16,671 nt of DNA from a virus. The first letter of the stretch is position 1; each line of letters begins with the position of its first letter. This document shows, in pieces, positions 5,647 through 14,556 of this stretch. The DNA is taken from the IMG/VR virus record IMGVR_UViG_3300045988_068193. One strand, given 5' to 3'. A program made the position numbers and the translations under genes. A model generated the notes under the pieces. The model was not told where the DNA came from, searched no databases, and saw only the letters and a list, made by a program, of their open reading frames with translations.

Positions 5647-6789
5647 ATGATTGTCGGCATGACTGACCGATTGACATTGTGGGAGCGGGTGAAACTCGCG
5701 GGCCGGGTATTGACCCGTAGCGCGGTGGACGACATGCCCGAGGGCATCCGCCCGCCGTCGCGCGTCGCGGATTGCGACCCGTTGTCGCTGTCCACGGTTT
5801 TCCGTGGCGTGCAGGTGCTTCAGACCGCCATCACCGGTTTGCCGATTCACGAAATGCGCGGCGGCGTGAAGCTCGACACGGTGTCGCCGCTCGTGTTGCA
5901 GCCGGACGTGAACCGTAGCCGTCGTGACTTTTTGGCCGACCTTGTGGCAAGCATGGTGTTGGATGGCAACGCATTCGTAAGGCTGGTGTCGTATGCGGGC
6001 GACGTGGTGTCGTGCGAGGTGCTGCCCCCGCACCTTGTTGTCGTGTCCGACGACGGACAAGACCCGGCCGCCCCGCGCCTGCGCTACAGCTACTTGGGGA
6101 CGGATTACACGCCCGATCAGATCGTGCATCTGAAGTTTCTGAACGTGCCCGGCAGGCTGCGTGGTCTTGGCCCGATCAGCGCGGCGCGCGAAGAGGTGGA
6201 AGGCGCGAAGATGGCCCGCGACTACAAGGCACGCTTCTACACCGACAGCTCGAACCTTAAGGGCTATTTGAAGACCGACAAGAAGGTTACGCCGGAGTAC
6301 GCGAAGCAGGCGAAGACCGATTGGAAGGCGTCGGGCACGGCCGCCGACATCAAGGTGTTGGGCGAGAACCTCACCTACGTTCCGCTCGACATGAAGCCGG
6401 CCGATTTGCAGTTTTTGGAGACGCAGAAATTCGATACAACGCAGATCGCCCGACTGTTGGGCATCCCCGCGTCAATCATGCTTGCCGCCGTCGATGGCAG
6501 CAACCTCACCTACAGCAACATCGAGCAATCGTGGATTGAGTTCGCCGACTATACGTTGGCCGCCTACGCGGGCGAGATTGAAGAGTTGTTCAATCGCCTG
6601 TTGCCGCGCGGCCGGACGGCAGCGTTCGACTGGGATTCGAGCCGTCGCGCCGACATGGCGGACCGGTTCAACGCCTACCAGACCGCCATAGCGTCCGGTT
6701 GGATGACGGTGGACGAGATCAGGGCGCGCGAGGCCCTGCCGCCATTGGATACGACAACAACAACCGAAGGGAGCAACGATGAAGCGTGA
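5647..6789 (+). CDS. Portal protein (HK97 family)
   Basis: The ~380-aa product follows TerL and shows a portal-like sequence pattern (..GNAFVRL.., ..FLETQKFDTTQIARLLGIPASIM..). The start is uncertain: ATG 5647 or 5659. The track's TTG start at 5587 lies inside the repeats. Confidence 0.85.
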   Translation: MIVGMTDRLTLWERVKLAGRVLTRSAVDDMPEGIRPPSRVADCDPLSLSTVFRGVQVLQTAITGLPIHEMRGGVKLDTVSPLVLQPDVNRSRRDFLADLVASMVLDGNAFVRLVSYAGDVVSCEVLPPHLVVVSDDGQDPAAPRLRYSYLGTDYTPDQIVHLKFLNVPGRLRGLGPISAAREEVEGAKMARDYKARFYTDSSNLKGYLKTDKKVTPEYAKQAKTDWKASGTAADIKVLGENLTYVPLDMKPADLQFLETQKFDTTQIARLLGIPASIMLAAVDGSNLTYSNIEQSWIEFADYTLAAYAGEIEELFNRLLPRGRTAAFDWDSSRRADMADRFNAYQTAIASGWMTVDEIRAREALPPLDTTTTTEGSNDEA

Positions 6790-8347
6790 AATAGGGTTCA
6801 GGGGCGTGTGCCTGCGCTCGGCCGACGACGGCGACGGGCGCACCTTGGAAGGCGTGGCCGTGCCATATGGGCAGATCATCGACACATGGGACGGTGCCGA
6901 GACCTTCGACCCTGACTGCCGCTTCGACGACATCGAATCCGCGAAGCTGTGCTACCAGCACGGCGAACTGATCGGCCGCATCACCGCCGCCGAATCACGG
7001 GAAGACGGCCTGCACATCACCGCCAGGATAAGCGACACGCAGCTTGGCCGCGACGTGGTGAACCTCTTGAAGGACGGCGCTCTGGACTCATTGTCGGTGG
7101 GATTCGTCCCGATCGAGGACGAACGCGACAAGGCCGGGATAACCCATCGCAGGCGCGTCAGGCTGTTGGAAACAAGCGTGGTGAGCTGGCCCGCATACGA
7201 GGCCGCGAAAATCACCGGACAGCGAAGCGAGACCCTGACCGAAGAACCAACCGACAACAAGGAAAGCGAGGACACGAAAGTGGACAAGGAACTGGAAGAG
7301 ACGCTGGACGCCATCAAGGACGAACAGCGCAGTTTGAAGGCCGCGTTGGCCAAGGGCGGCACCACCGAACCGCCGAAACAGATCGGCAGCGAGTACCGCA
7401 CCGCCGGCGACTACCTGCAGGCGCTCTATCGCGGCGACGAAACGGCGGTGCAGTTGATGCACGAATGCCGCGACCTGATCGCCACGGGCGACACCGGCAA
7501 CAAGGTGGCATGGATTGCGGATGAACTGCGCCTGATCGAACAGCGGCGCAAGGTCACCAACCTGCTGACCCACGACACGCTGCCAGACAAGGGCATGACC
7601 ATGGAATACAACGTGGTCAGCACCGACACCACCACGGTGGGCAAGCAGGCCGGCGAGGGCGACGCGCTCCAGTTCGGCAAGGTGACCTTCGGCACCAAGA
7701 GCGTGACCATCGACACCTACGGCGGCTACACCACCCTGTCGCGTCAGGTGATCGAACGCTCGACCACGCCAATGCTGAACACGGCTCTTGCCGCCCTGCG
7801 CAACGCCTACGCGAAGGCCACCGAAACGGCCGTGCGCACCTACCTGTACGACACCATCGCCGCACAGCGCGACGCATCGACCGACGCGAACAAGATCGAC
7901 GCGCCGGCCGCGTTGGCCGCAATGACCATCGACCAGTGGGCCGGCCTCATCATGGACGCCGCCGAGTTGGCCGACGACCGTAACGTGAACCTCACCCGCT
8001 TGGGAGTCAGCAAGGATGTCATGGCCGCCCTGATCGCCCTGAAGGACTCGGGCAGTCGTTTCTTCGACCTGTCCGGCGACGGTAGCGATACGTTGGGCGA
8101 CTTCGATTTGACCGGCATCGCCGGCCGTTTCCTGCGCCTTCCCGTGCAGATGCTGCCCAACGCGCCCGAAGGCACCGCGTGCTTCATCGACCCCGAGTCG
8201 GTGACCGTGTGGGAATCGGGCGGCCCGACCCAGCTCAGCGACGGCGACCCGACCAAGCTCACCGAAAACTATTCAGTGTACGGATACCTGGCCGTGGCGG
8301 CAACACAGCCGCTCGGTCTTATCCCCGTCAAGTTCGCCACGGCCTGA
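6779..8347 (+). CDS. Prohead protease - scaffold-like linker - HK97-type major capsid protein, as a single fused ORF
   Basis: The N-terminal ~150 aa resemble an HK97 prohead protease (LEGVAVPYG...H.....G.......DSLSVGF....). An acidic coiled-coil linker follows (EEPTDNKESEDTKVDKELEETLDAIKDEQRSLKAAL). The ~320-aa C-terminal region is capsid-like. A GAAGGGAG SD precedes the ATG at 6779. Confidence 0.8.
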   Translation: MKREIGFRGVCLRSADDGDGRTLEGVAVPYGQIIDTWDGAETFDPDCRFDDIESAKLCYQHGELIGRITAAESREDGLHITARISDTQLGRDVVNLLKDGALDSLSVGFVPIEDERDKAGITHRRRVRLLETSVVSWPAYEAAKITGQRSETLTEEPTDNKESEDTKVDKELEETLDAIKDEQRSLKAALAKGGTTEPPKQIGSEYRTAGDYLQALYRGDETAVQLMHECRDLIATGDTGNKVAWIADELRLIEQRRKVTNLLTHDTLPDKGMTMEYNVVSTDTTTVGKQAGEGDALQFGKVTFGTKSVTIDTYGGYTTLSRQVIERSTTPMLNTALAALRNAYAKATETAVRTYLYDTIAAQRDASTDANKIDAPAALAAMTIDQWAGLIMDAAELADDRNVNLTRLGVSKDVMAALIALKDSGSRFFDLSGDGSDTLGDFDLTGIAGRFLRLPVQMLPNAPEGTACFIDPESVTVWESGGPTQLSDGDPTKLTENYSVYGYLAVAATQPLGLIPVKFATA

Positions 8348-8349
8348 CC

Positions 8350-8682
8350 ATGACGGACAACTGGACTGACTACGAGCCGGCGGTACGCGATGAGATCGGC
8401 GTGCCGACCGGCGACAACGACCGCGTGCAGCGGGCGACCATCGCCGCCATGGGGTACGTGGACGGTGCCATAGGCGGCTACACGGTGTCGAACACCGTGC
8501 GCGCCGACTGCATCACGTCATGTGCCGCCGACCTGTACAACGCCCGCGACGCCCGATTGGGCGTGATGGACGTGGGCGACGGCACGGTGGAACCATACCG
8601 CATCAGCACCGACCCTCTCAGATCGGTATGGCCGAAACTGAACGCGGTGGGCGTGCCAACGGGCGGGCTGGTGATCGCATGA
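8350..8682 (+). CDS. Head-tail connector (gp6-like) protein
   Basis: 110 aa, immediately after the capsid gene. Size and position are typical of this class. Confidence 0.55.
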   Translation: MTDNWTDYEPAVRDEIGVPTGDNDRVQRATIAAMGYVDGAIGGYTVSNTVRADCITSCAADLYNARDARLGVMDVGDGTVEPYRISTDPLRSVWPKLNAVGVPTGGLVIA

Positions 8683-9047
8683 ACATCCAGGAACAACGCG
8701 CCGCCCTCATGGACACGCTCGCCGACATGCTCGACGGGCTCGTGAGCAGCATCAGCCTCGACGCCCAACTGGTACGCCCCGCCGCCGGCAAGGTGGCCGT
8801 GTTCATCGAACCTCCGACCGTGGAATGGCCGTCATGGGGCCCGCCGGAACCGGTCTGGACGTTGGACGTCATCGCCGGCACGCCGGCCACGCAGCCATCC
8901 GCAGTCGATGACATCCTCACAGCGCTCGACCGGCTCGCCGAACGTGGCCTGAACATCCAGAAGGCCACGCCCGCGACTTGGAACCTCGCAGGAGCCGGCA
9001 CGCTGGCGGCCTACCAGGTCGTGCTGAACGCTCTGGAAACCGAATAA
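8679..9047 (+). CDS. Head-tail joining or tail-terminator-like structural protein
   Basis: 122 aa, ATGA-coupled to the upstream gene. The call is by position only. Confidence 0.4.
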   Translation: MNIQEQRAALMDTLADMLDGLVSSISLDAQLVRPAAGKVAVFIEPPTVEWPSWGPPEPVWTLDVIAGTPATQPSAVDDILTALDRLAERGLNIQKATPATWNLAGAGTLAAYQVVLNALETE

Positions 9048-9067
9048 GACAAGGAAAGGAAAAAATC

Positions 9068-9481
9068 ATGGCTGGAAAGATCCGCACGCTCGGACCAGGC
9101 ATCTTCAAAATCACCGACACCGAAAACGGCAGGGACTTCAGCGCCGACCTGACCAAGGCGCAGCTAAACCCGTCGAACAGCAGCGACGACCCGACCACCT
9201 ACCTCGACGGATCAGAGGAGACGAACACCACGACAACATGGACGTTCGAGGGCACCGTGGGCGACGACTTCAGCGAGGACGGTCTGGCCGTCTGGCTCTT
9301 CGACCACAAGGGCGAGACGCTGCCGGCCCAGTTCGTCCCGAACAATACCGGCAAGATCCAGTGGACCTTCAACGTCACCATCGCGCCAATCGCCATCGGC
9401 GGCGACGTCAAATCGAAGAACACGAACGATCTGAGCTTCGCCGTCACGAACGTCGCCCACGCACCGTACACGGGCAAGTGA
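9068..9481 (+). CDS. Probable major tail protein
   Basis: 137 aa with a strong SD (AAGGAAAGGA). The product is Thr/Asn-rich and beta-type. It lies upstream of the chaperone and tape measure genes. Confidence 0.55.
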   Translation: MAGKIRTLGPGIFKITDTENGRDFSADLTKAQLNPSNSSDDPTTYLDGSEETNTTTTWTFEGTVGDDFSEDGLAVWLFDHKGETLPAQFVPNNTGKIQWTFNVTIAPIAIGGDVKSKNTNDLSFAVTNVAHAPYTGK

Positions 9482-9487
9482 TGAGTG

Positions 9488-9871
9488 ATGGCTGACAAGG
9501 CATTGATGGTCGTCGGCCAGAAACGCTTCGTTCAGACGATGCGCAAGGCCGGCGCGGACATGGACGACCTGAAGGAAGTGAACCGCGCGGCAGCGCAGAT
9601 CGCACTGCCCGCCGTCCGCAACCTCGCCCCACGAGGCAAAACCGGCCGGCTGGCCGGCAGCCTGCGTGTCGGAGCGACGAAACGCGCCGGCGTCATCCGC
9701 GCCGGCCGCAAGGCCGTGCCCTACGCAGGACCAGTCAACTACGGGTGGCCCGCCCGCCACATCAAGCCACGTCTCTTCGTCAACAACGGCGTCGCCTCCA
9801 CCGAGAGCCAATGGCAAAAGGTCTACAAGGACTTCATCGACAAGACACTGAAGCAAGTGAAAGGAAAATAA
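9488..9871 (+). CDS. HK97 gp10-family head-tail/tail completion protein
   Basis: The pattern ...APRGKTGRLAGSLRVG....AGVIRAG....YAGPVNYG... is typical of the HK97 gp10 family. An alternative GTG start is at 9485. Confidence 0.6.
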   Translation: MADKALMVVGQKRFVQTMRKAGADMDDLKEVNRAAAQIALPAVRNLAPRGKTGRLAGSLRVGATKRAGVIRAGRKAVPYAGPVNYGWPARHIKPRLFVNNGVASTESQWQKVYKDFIDKTLKQVKGK

Positions 9872-10143
9872 TGGCAACCACGAGAATCACCTACACGGAC
9901 GGTACCAGCGAGACCGTGCCGATCACGATGCGCGCGACATGCAAGGCCGAGGCGCACGCCATCGACGTGGGCTGGGGGCCAATCACCCAGTCACCCGTCC
10001 GTTCCGGCGCATACGCGGCCTACGCGGCCCTGCGCATGGCCGGCCGCAATCTGCCAGACTTCGAGCATTGGCTGGACACCGTGGCCTCATTCGACCTCGC
10101 TGCTGCGAAGGAGGAACCGGAAGAGGGAAACCCTACGGACTAG
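9871..10143 (+). CDS. Tail assembly chaperone (G-like)
   Basis: 90 aa, directly upstream of the tape measure gene, with a TAATG overlap. It carries a slippery heptamer near its 3' end. Confidence 0.7.
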   Translation: MATTRITYTDGTSETVPITMRATCKAEAHAIDVGWGPITQSPVRSGAYAAYAALRMAGRNLPDFEHWLDTVASFDLAAAKEEPEEGNPTD

Positions 10144-10298
10144 CCGCGTGGCCACAAGACTCGCTCGGCCGTCTCTCGTTCCTCCTGGCCAACCGTTTCG
10201 GCGGCACGCCATGGCAGTGGAGGAACGAGGCCGACGAATTGGATTGGGGCACCGGACTGGCCGAACTGCTCAAGGAAGCCGAATCACGGAAGGAGTGA
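9871..10298 (+). CDS. Tail assembly chaperone -1 frameshift product (GT-like)
   Basis: After a -1 slip at 10125..10131, the reading frame continues as GKPYGLAAWPQDSLGRLSFLLANRFGGTPWQWRNEADELDWGTGLAELLKEAESRKE. It ends 3 nt before the tape measure start. Confidence 0.6.
10125..10131 (+). promoter_or_regulatory. Programmed -1 ribosomal frameshift slippery heptamer G GGA AAC
   Basis: This is a canonical X XXY YYZ motif in the zero frame of 9871..10143, 10 nt before its stop. The -1 frame is open to 10298. Confidence 0.65.
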
Positions 10299-10301
10299 AA
10301 C

Positions 10302-12170
10302 GTGGCGCACAGCGCGATCATGAGCGTGCGCATCACCGGCAACGCCGATGATGCCGTCAAGGCGTTCGAGAAGACCACTACGAAGGCGGCCGCTTTCGGC
10401 AGCGCCATCGGCGGATTGGCCGTCAAGGGCGTGACCGCGCTGTGGGACACGGTAAAGGGCTTCGCCGGCGATGTGGTGAACATGTCGGACAGCACCGACA
10501 AGTTCATGAACACCATGAGCTTCGCCGGCATCGACACCAAAGCCGTGCAGGCAGCCGCGAAGGAAACCCGCAAATACGCCGACGACACCGTGTACGGGCT
10601 CGATGACATCCAGAACACCACCGCGCAGCTCGCGGCAAACGGCATCGGCAACTACATGGAACTGACCGAGGCGGCCGGCAACCTCAACGCGGTGGCCGGA
10701 GGCAACGCCGACAGTTTCAAGAGCGTCGCGATGATGCTCACCCAGACGGCCGGCGCGGGAAAATTGACCACGGAGAACTGGAACCAGCTTGCCGACGCCA
10801 TTCCGGGCGCGTCCGGCAAACTCCAGGAGGCGCTGCTGAAGAACGGCGCGTATACGGGCAACTTCCGCGACGCCATGTCCAAGGGCGAGATCACCGCAGA
10901 CGAGTTCAACAAGGCGCTCATGGACCTCGGCATGACCGACGTGGCGAAACAGGCCGCGACATCGACCAGCACCATCGAGGGAGCCATGGGAAACCTCGAA
11001 GCCGCCGTGACCGGCGGTCTGACCGACGCGTTCAACCTGTTCAAACCGGCCGTGACGGGCGGCATCAACGCCGCATCGGCCGCCGTGACCAGCCTCGCTA
11101 CCACCGGTGTCCAGGGATTGCAGACGTTCTTCGGCCAGGTCAAGGACACCGGAGCGTTCACCTCGCTGCAGTCGGCCGCGCAGTCGGTCGGCGGTGGACT
11201 CCAATCACTGTGGACCGGCATCATGGCCGTCGTGAACGCGATGACCGGAGGACAGCCCGCCGGAACCGCGTTCGGCAACGCGCTCAACACCGTCGCAACC
11301 GCCGCGCAGACGGTCGGCGGCTGGCTGAAGACCGCAGGCAACTGGATCAGCCAGAATCTGGATCTTGTGACCCCGCTCGTCGCCGCGATCGGCGGCGCAG
11401 TGGCAGCCGTCACCGCCGTGACCACCGCAATGCAGGTCGCCGCCGTCGCTCAGGCGGTGCTCAACGCGGTCATGGCCGCGAACCCGATCATGCTGGTCAT
11501 CACGCTCATCGCCGCGCTCACGGCCGTACTCACCTACTTCTTTACCTGCACCAACACCGGCCGGGCCGTGTGGTCGAGCTTCACGAGTTTCCTGGGCTCC
11601 TGCGTGCAGGGCATCACCGGTTTCTTCTCCGGCCTCGGCTCCACCATCGTCGGCATCTTCAGCTCGGCGGCGAACGGTGCTAGGAACGCGTGGAACGGCG
11701 TGGTCGGCTGGTTCCGAGGCCTGCCGGGCACCATTGGCGGTTTCTTCTCCAACGCCGGCAGCATCCTCGTCAACGCAGGCGCAAGCATCATCAACGGCTT
11801 CTGGGACGGCCTCAAAGGCGCCTGGAACAACGTGACCGGCTGGATCAGCGGCATCGGCGACTGGATCAAGGCCCACAAAGGCCCGATCAGCTACGACCGT
11901 CGCCTGCTCATCCCCGCCGGCCAGGCCATCATGACCGGCTTCGCCCAGGGCCTCAACACCGGGTTCGACAGCAACGTCGAAACCGCCATCGGCCGCGCCA
12001 ACCGCAGACTAGCGGCCATGCCACTCAACCTCTCCGCCCAAGGCAACACGGCCACGCCAGCCGTGATCAACACCTGGAACGTGGAAATCAACGGCGAGGT
12101 CATCGACAAGGACGGCACCGCCAAGGCCATCAAACGGCTCCTGGCCGACTACGACGCAAGGAGGTCATGA
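10302..12170 (+). CDS. Tape measure protein
   Basis: 622 aa, Ala/Gly/Thr-rich, with a central hydrophobic segment. It is the largest tail gene and follows the chaperones. A GGAAGGAG SD precedes the GTG at 10302. Confidence 0.9.
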   Translation: MAHSAIMSVRITGNADDAVKAFEKTTTKAAAFGSAIGGLAVKGVTALWDTVKGFAGDVVNMSDSTDKFMNTMSFAGIDTKAVQAAAKETRKYADDTVYGLDDIQNTTAQLAANGIGNYMELTEAAGNLNAVAGGNADSFKSVAMMLTQTAGAGKLTTENWNQLADAIPGASGKLQEALLKNGAYTGNFRDAMSKGEITADEFNKALMDLGMTDVAKQAATSTSTIEGAMGNLEAAVTGGLTDAFNLFKPAVTGGINAASAAVTSLATTGVQGLQTFFGQVKDTGAFTSLQSAAQSVGGGLQSLWTGIMAVVNAMTGGQPAGTAFGNALNTVATAAQTVGGWLKTAGNWISQNLDLVTPLVAAIGGAVAAVTAVTTAMQVAAVAQAVLNAVMAANPIMLVITLIAALTAVLTYFFTCTNTGRAVWSSFTSFLGSCVQGITGFFSGLGSTIVGIFSSAANGARNAWNGVVGWFRGLPGTIGGFFSNAGSILVNAGASIINGFWDGLKGAWNNVTGWISGIGDWIKAHKGPISYDRRLLIPAGQAIMTGFAQGLNTGFDSNVETAIGRANRRLAAMPLNLSAQGNTATPAVINTWNVEINGEVIDKDGTAKAIKRLLADYDARRS

Positions 12171-12175
12171 GATAG

Positions 12176-13714
12176 ATGCAGCAATGCTTCATGTTCATCG
12201 ACACAGGCAACGGCACCGGCTGGACACCGGTGAACGATTCCACCAAGGATGTAGCGGCCCTGGACTCTTTCACCATCGATTGGGGAAGTGACGGCATCGA
12301 CGAACAACCCGAACCTGCCGTGATGTCGTTCACCCTCCGCGACCGCACCGGACGGCTCGCAGGCCAGGCATTGACACTGGCCGGCATGAAAGTGGTCGTC
12401 CAATTCTCCAACCAGCCTCGATGGATGGACCTGACGCCAGCGATGGGCTGCTGGCGCGATCTGCGCATCCCCATCGACTCGCTCCACAAGATGTATTCGC
12501 CAGACTCGCCAGACTCGCCAGACTCGCCAGACTCGCCAGACTCGCCATCCGAAACAATGTTCGCCGGCAGCGTGTCCACCGGCGGCAGCATCGAACCGGC
12601 CAGCGACGGCGGATGGCTGCTCAAACTCTCCGCCACATCGAGGATGGCCATATGGAAACGCCTGCAATCCCAAGGACCGACAGACACGGCCGCGAAATGG
12701 AACGGCGCGCACTGGATAGGCACGCCATCCGCACGCCTCAAGGAGATGAACCGCAGGGCCTCGGCGCAGGGAGCGCCGGAAGCCCAACTGGACGGGCTCG
12801 CCCTGCCGTCAAGCGTCGCACCATACACGCCATCCGACCACCCATCGCAGCTCGACCTGCTGCACCGGCTCACCGTCGGGCCACGACTCCCTCAATGGCA
12901 CGAAGTCTACGACGGCGCGGCATCCACCATCAGGCCGCTGTTCCTCGCCGACCCAATCGCCGTGCATCTGTCAACCGATGGCCGACTCAACGTCCTCACC
13001 GACGGAGAGACACGATACGCACTCTCGGCGGCCGACATCGAGGCATCGACGGATCTGAGCATCACCGAACCTTTGACACAGGTCGTCATCAACGCGAAAC
13101 GCGTCAAATCGGACAACGGCAAGCTCTCTTTCGACGACGTGGAGATCACGATGGGAGACCAGGACCGTCTGCCACCACAATTGACCGTCATGCAGAAGAG
13201 CCTCACCGTCGATTCCGACATGCTCGCCGTGGACGACTCGGGCGGTGTATGGAACAGCGGCGGCACCTCGAACGTCAGCGCCACGGACCGCGCCAACATC
13301 GCGCAATGGCTCGAATCGCACGACCTGCGCATGGTACCGGAGACAGTGACGTTCAACAGCACGCGAATCGACCCGGCACGCCGGCCATGGCTGTACAAGG
13401 CAAGCCCATCCGGCCCATTCATCATCGTCAAGGCCAAATCGTCGGCCCTGACCGGCTCAGACGGCCGACCGTCCTTCACCGGCCCCATCACGACCATCGG
13501 CGGGACGCTCTCATACCGGTGGCGTTCGGGCAAGCCCACACTCACCCAGGAAGCGACGCTGGCCGCGCTCCGGCCGCTGCTGACGGAACGGATCACATGG
13601 GCCGACCTGCCCACCCTCAGCTGGCAGCAGCTCGACCTGCACATCTGCGACCTCTCGATGATCCAGATCATCGACACTTCTTCGCCCACCGCCGAAAAGG
13701 AAGGAACACAATGA
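12176..13714 (+). CDS. Minor tail protein (distal tail / Dit-like)
   Basis: 512 aa, immediately after the tape measure gene. It contains an internal (SPD)n repeat. Confidence 0.6.
   Translation: MQQCFMFIDTGNGTGWTPVNDSTKDVAALDSFTIDWGSDGIDEQPEPAVMSFTLRDRTGRLAGQALTLAGMKVVVQFSNQPRWMDLTPAMGCWRDLRIPIDSLHKMYSPDSPDSPDSPDSPDSPSETMFAGSVSTGGSIEPASDGGWLLKLSATSRMAIWKRLQSQGPTDTAAKWNGAHWIGTPSARLKEMNRRASAQGAPEAQLDGLALPSSVAPYTPSDHPSQLDLLHRLTVGPRLPQWHEVYDGAASTIRPLFLADPIAVHLSTDGRLNVLTDGETRYALSAADIEASTDLSITEPLTQVVINAKRVKSDNGKLSFDDVEITMGDQDRLPPQLTVMQKSLTVDSDMLAVDDSGGVWNSGGTSNVSATDRANIAQWLESHDLRMVPETVTFNSTRIDPARRPWLYKASPSGPFIIVKAKSSALTGSDGRPSFTGPITTIGGTLSYRWRSGKPTLTQEATLAALRPLLTERITWADLPTLSWQQLDLHICDLSMIQIIDTSSPTAEKEGTQ
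12497..12547 (+). repeat. Perfect 9-bp tandem repeat TCGCCAGAC, ~5.7 copies, in frame
   Basis: Read directly. It encodes SPDSPDSPDSPDSPDSP within 12176..13714. Confidence 0.95.
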
Positions 13715-14319
13715 CAGCAACAACACCCATCTACGGGCTCTCATATCCGGAAGGCTCCGACCTCGTGTCATCTGCGGCGGGGTCGTTCAAGGCCATGGCC
13801 GACACCTTCGAGACCGCGCTGGACACCGTCGACAGACGCTCCACCCCAGCCGGTGCGACACCTGTGATCGCCACCACGCTCGAATCGCTGAAGGCGCAGA
13901 CGGCCACGGTCGGCCAGACCGGCTTCGTCACCTCGGACGGCGACAACACCGGCCCGTACATCTGGGACGGGACCAGCTGGCATCACGCACACTGGTACAC
14001 CGCCGATGACAAAGCCAAAACAACGCTCGTCAACAAATCAGGCTGGAAATGCGAATACATGATGAAACATGGATTCGTTTACGTCACGGTTAATCTTTCG
14101 GACAGTGGCACCAAAGGATGGAGCGAAAGCCAAATGCCAGGCACACTCCCCGAAGAAGCACGACCGCCGCTCGAACTGGATTTCGCACCGATGTGCTCCA
14201 ACAACAATTCAATCGGTGTATTCATCGTCAAACCCACCGGAGTCATCGTCTACTCGCGTCGCGGAGGCGGGCAAATCTCCGACAATCGTTATGCAACCAT
14301 GATGTGGCCGGCCGCATGA
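13711..14319 (+). CDS. Minor tail protein / candidate receptor-binding protein
   Basis: 202 aa, ATGA-coupled, and the last tail gene before the lysis cassette. The N-terminus PIYGLSYPEGSDL resembles conserved actinophage minor-tail N-termini. The C-terminal half is visibly AT-richer. Confidence 0.5.
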   Translation: MTATTPIYGLSYPEGSDLVSSAAGSFKAMADTFETALDTVDRRSTPAGATPVIATTLESLKAQTATVGQTGFVTSDGDNTGPYIWDGTSWHHAHWYTADDKAKTTLVNKSGWKCEYMMKHGFVYVTVNLSDSGTKGWSESQMPGTLPEEARPPLELDFAPMCSNNNSIGVFIVKPTGVIVYSRRGGGQISDNRYATMMWPAA

Positions 14320-14543
14320 CGGATCTCATCATCGCCATCGTCGGCGCGGTCGGCGCGGTCGTCGGCGCACTGGTCTCCACCCTCTCGGCCGCCGCCAAGA
14401 ACAAGATGGAAGCCTACAGGCTCGCACAGAAGATGCAGGCCGACAACCAACGCCTCTGGCAATGGAACCGGCAACTCATCGACCACATCTACCGCCGCGC
14501 CCCACCACCACCGCCGGAACCACCTGAAGACCTTTTCAACTAA
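14316..14543 (+). CDS. Small membrane protein (holin-like or lysis accessory)
   Basis: 75 aa with an N-terminal transmembrane helix (LIIAIVGAVGAVVGALVSTL) and a C-terminal PPPPPEPPE tail. It is ATGA-coupled and lies directly upstream of the endolysin. Confidence 0.5.
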   Translation: MTDLIIAIVGAVGAVVGALVSTLSAAAKNKMEAYRLAQKMQADNQRLWQWNRQLIDHIYRRAPPPPPEPPEDLFN

Positions 14544-14556
14544 GAACGGAGCCAAC

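Noticed and set aside
10284-11876. Several long minus-strand ORFs (306, 257 and 223 aa) and plus-strand Arg-rich ORFs inside the tape measure gene
   Set aside because: They are out-of-frame or antisense products of a GC-rich, Ala/Gly-rich gene. None has a start context, and their compositions are implausible.
12497-12547. Possible CRISPR array (also considered for 5577..5616)
   Set aside because: The repeat units are 9-10 bp and directly abutting, with no spacers. No cas genes are present. These are simple tandem repeats.
12130-12873. Minus-strand ORFs containing GESGESGES / WRVWRVWRV repeats
   Set aside because: These repeats are the reverse-frame readout of the 9-bp SPD microsatellite and are not independent genes.
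12421-14319. 632-aa plus-strand ORF spanning the two tail genes
   Set aside because: Only the last 203 codons (13711..14319) look real. The upstream part is an Arg/His-rich alternative frame of 12176..13714.
13711-14319. Shufflon or diversity-generating retroelement acting on the receptor-binding gene
   Set aside because: The window has no invertase or reverse transcriptase gene. I saw no inverted repeats flanking the gene and no template/variable repeat pair.
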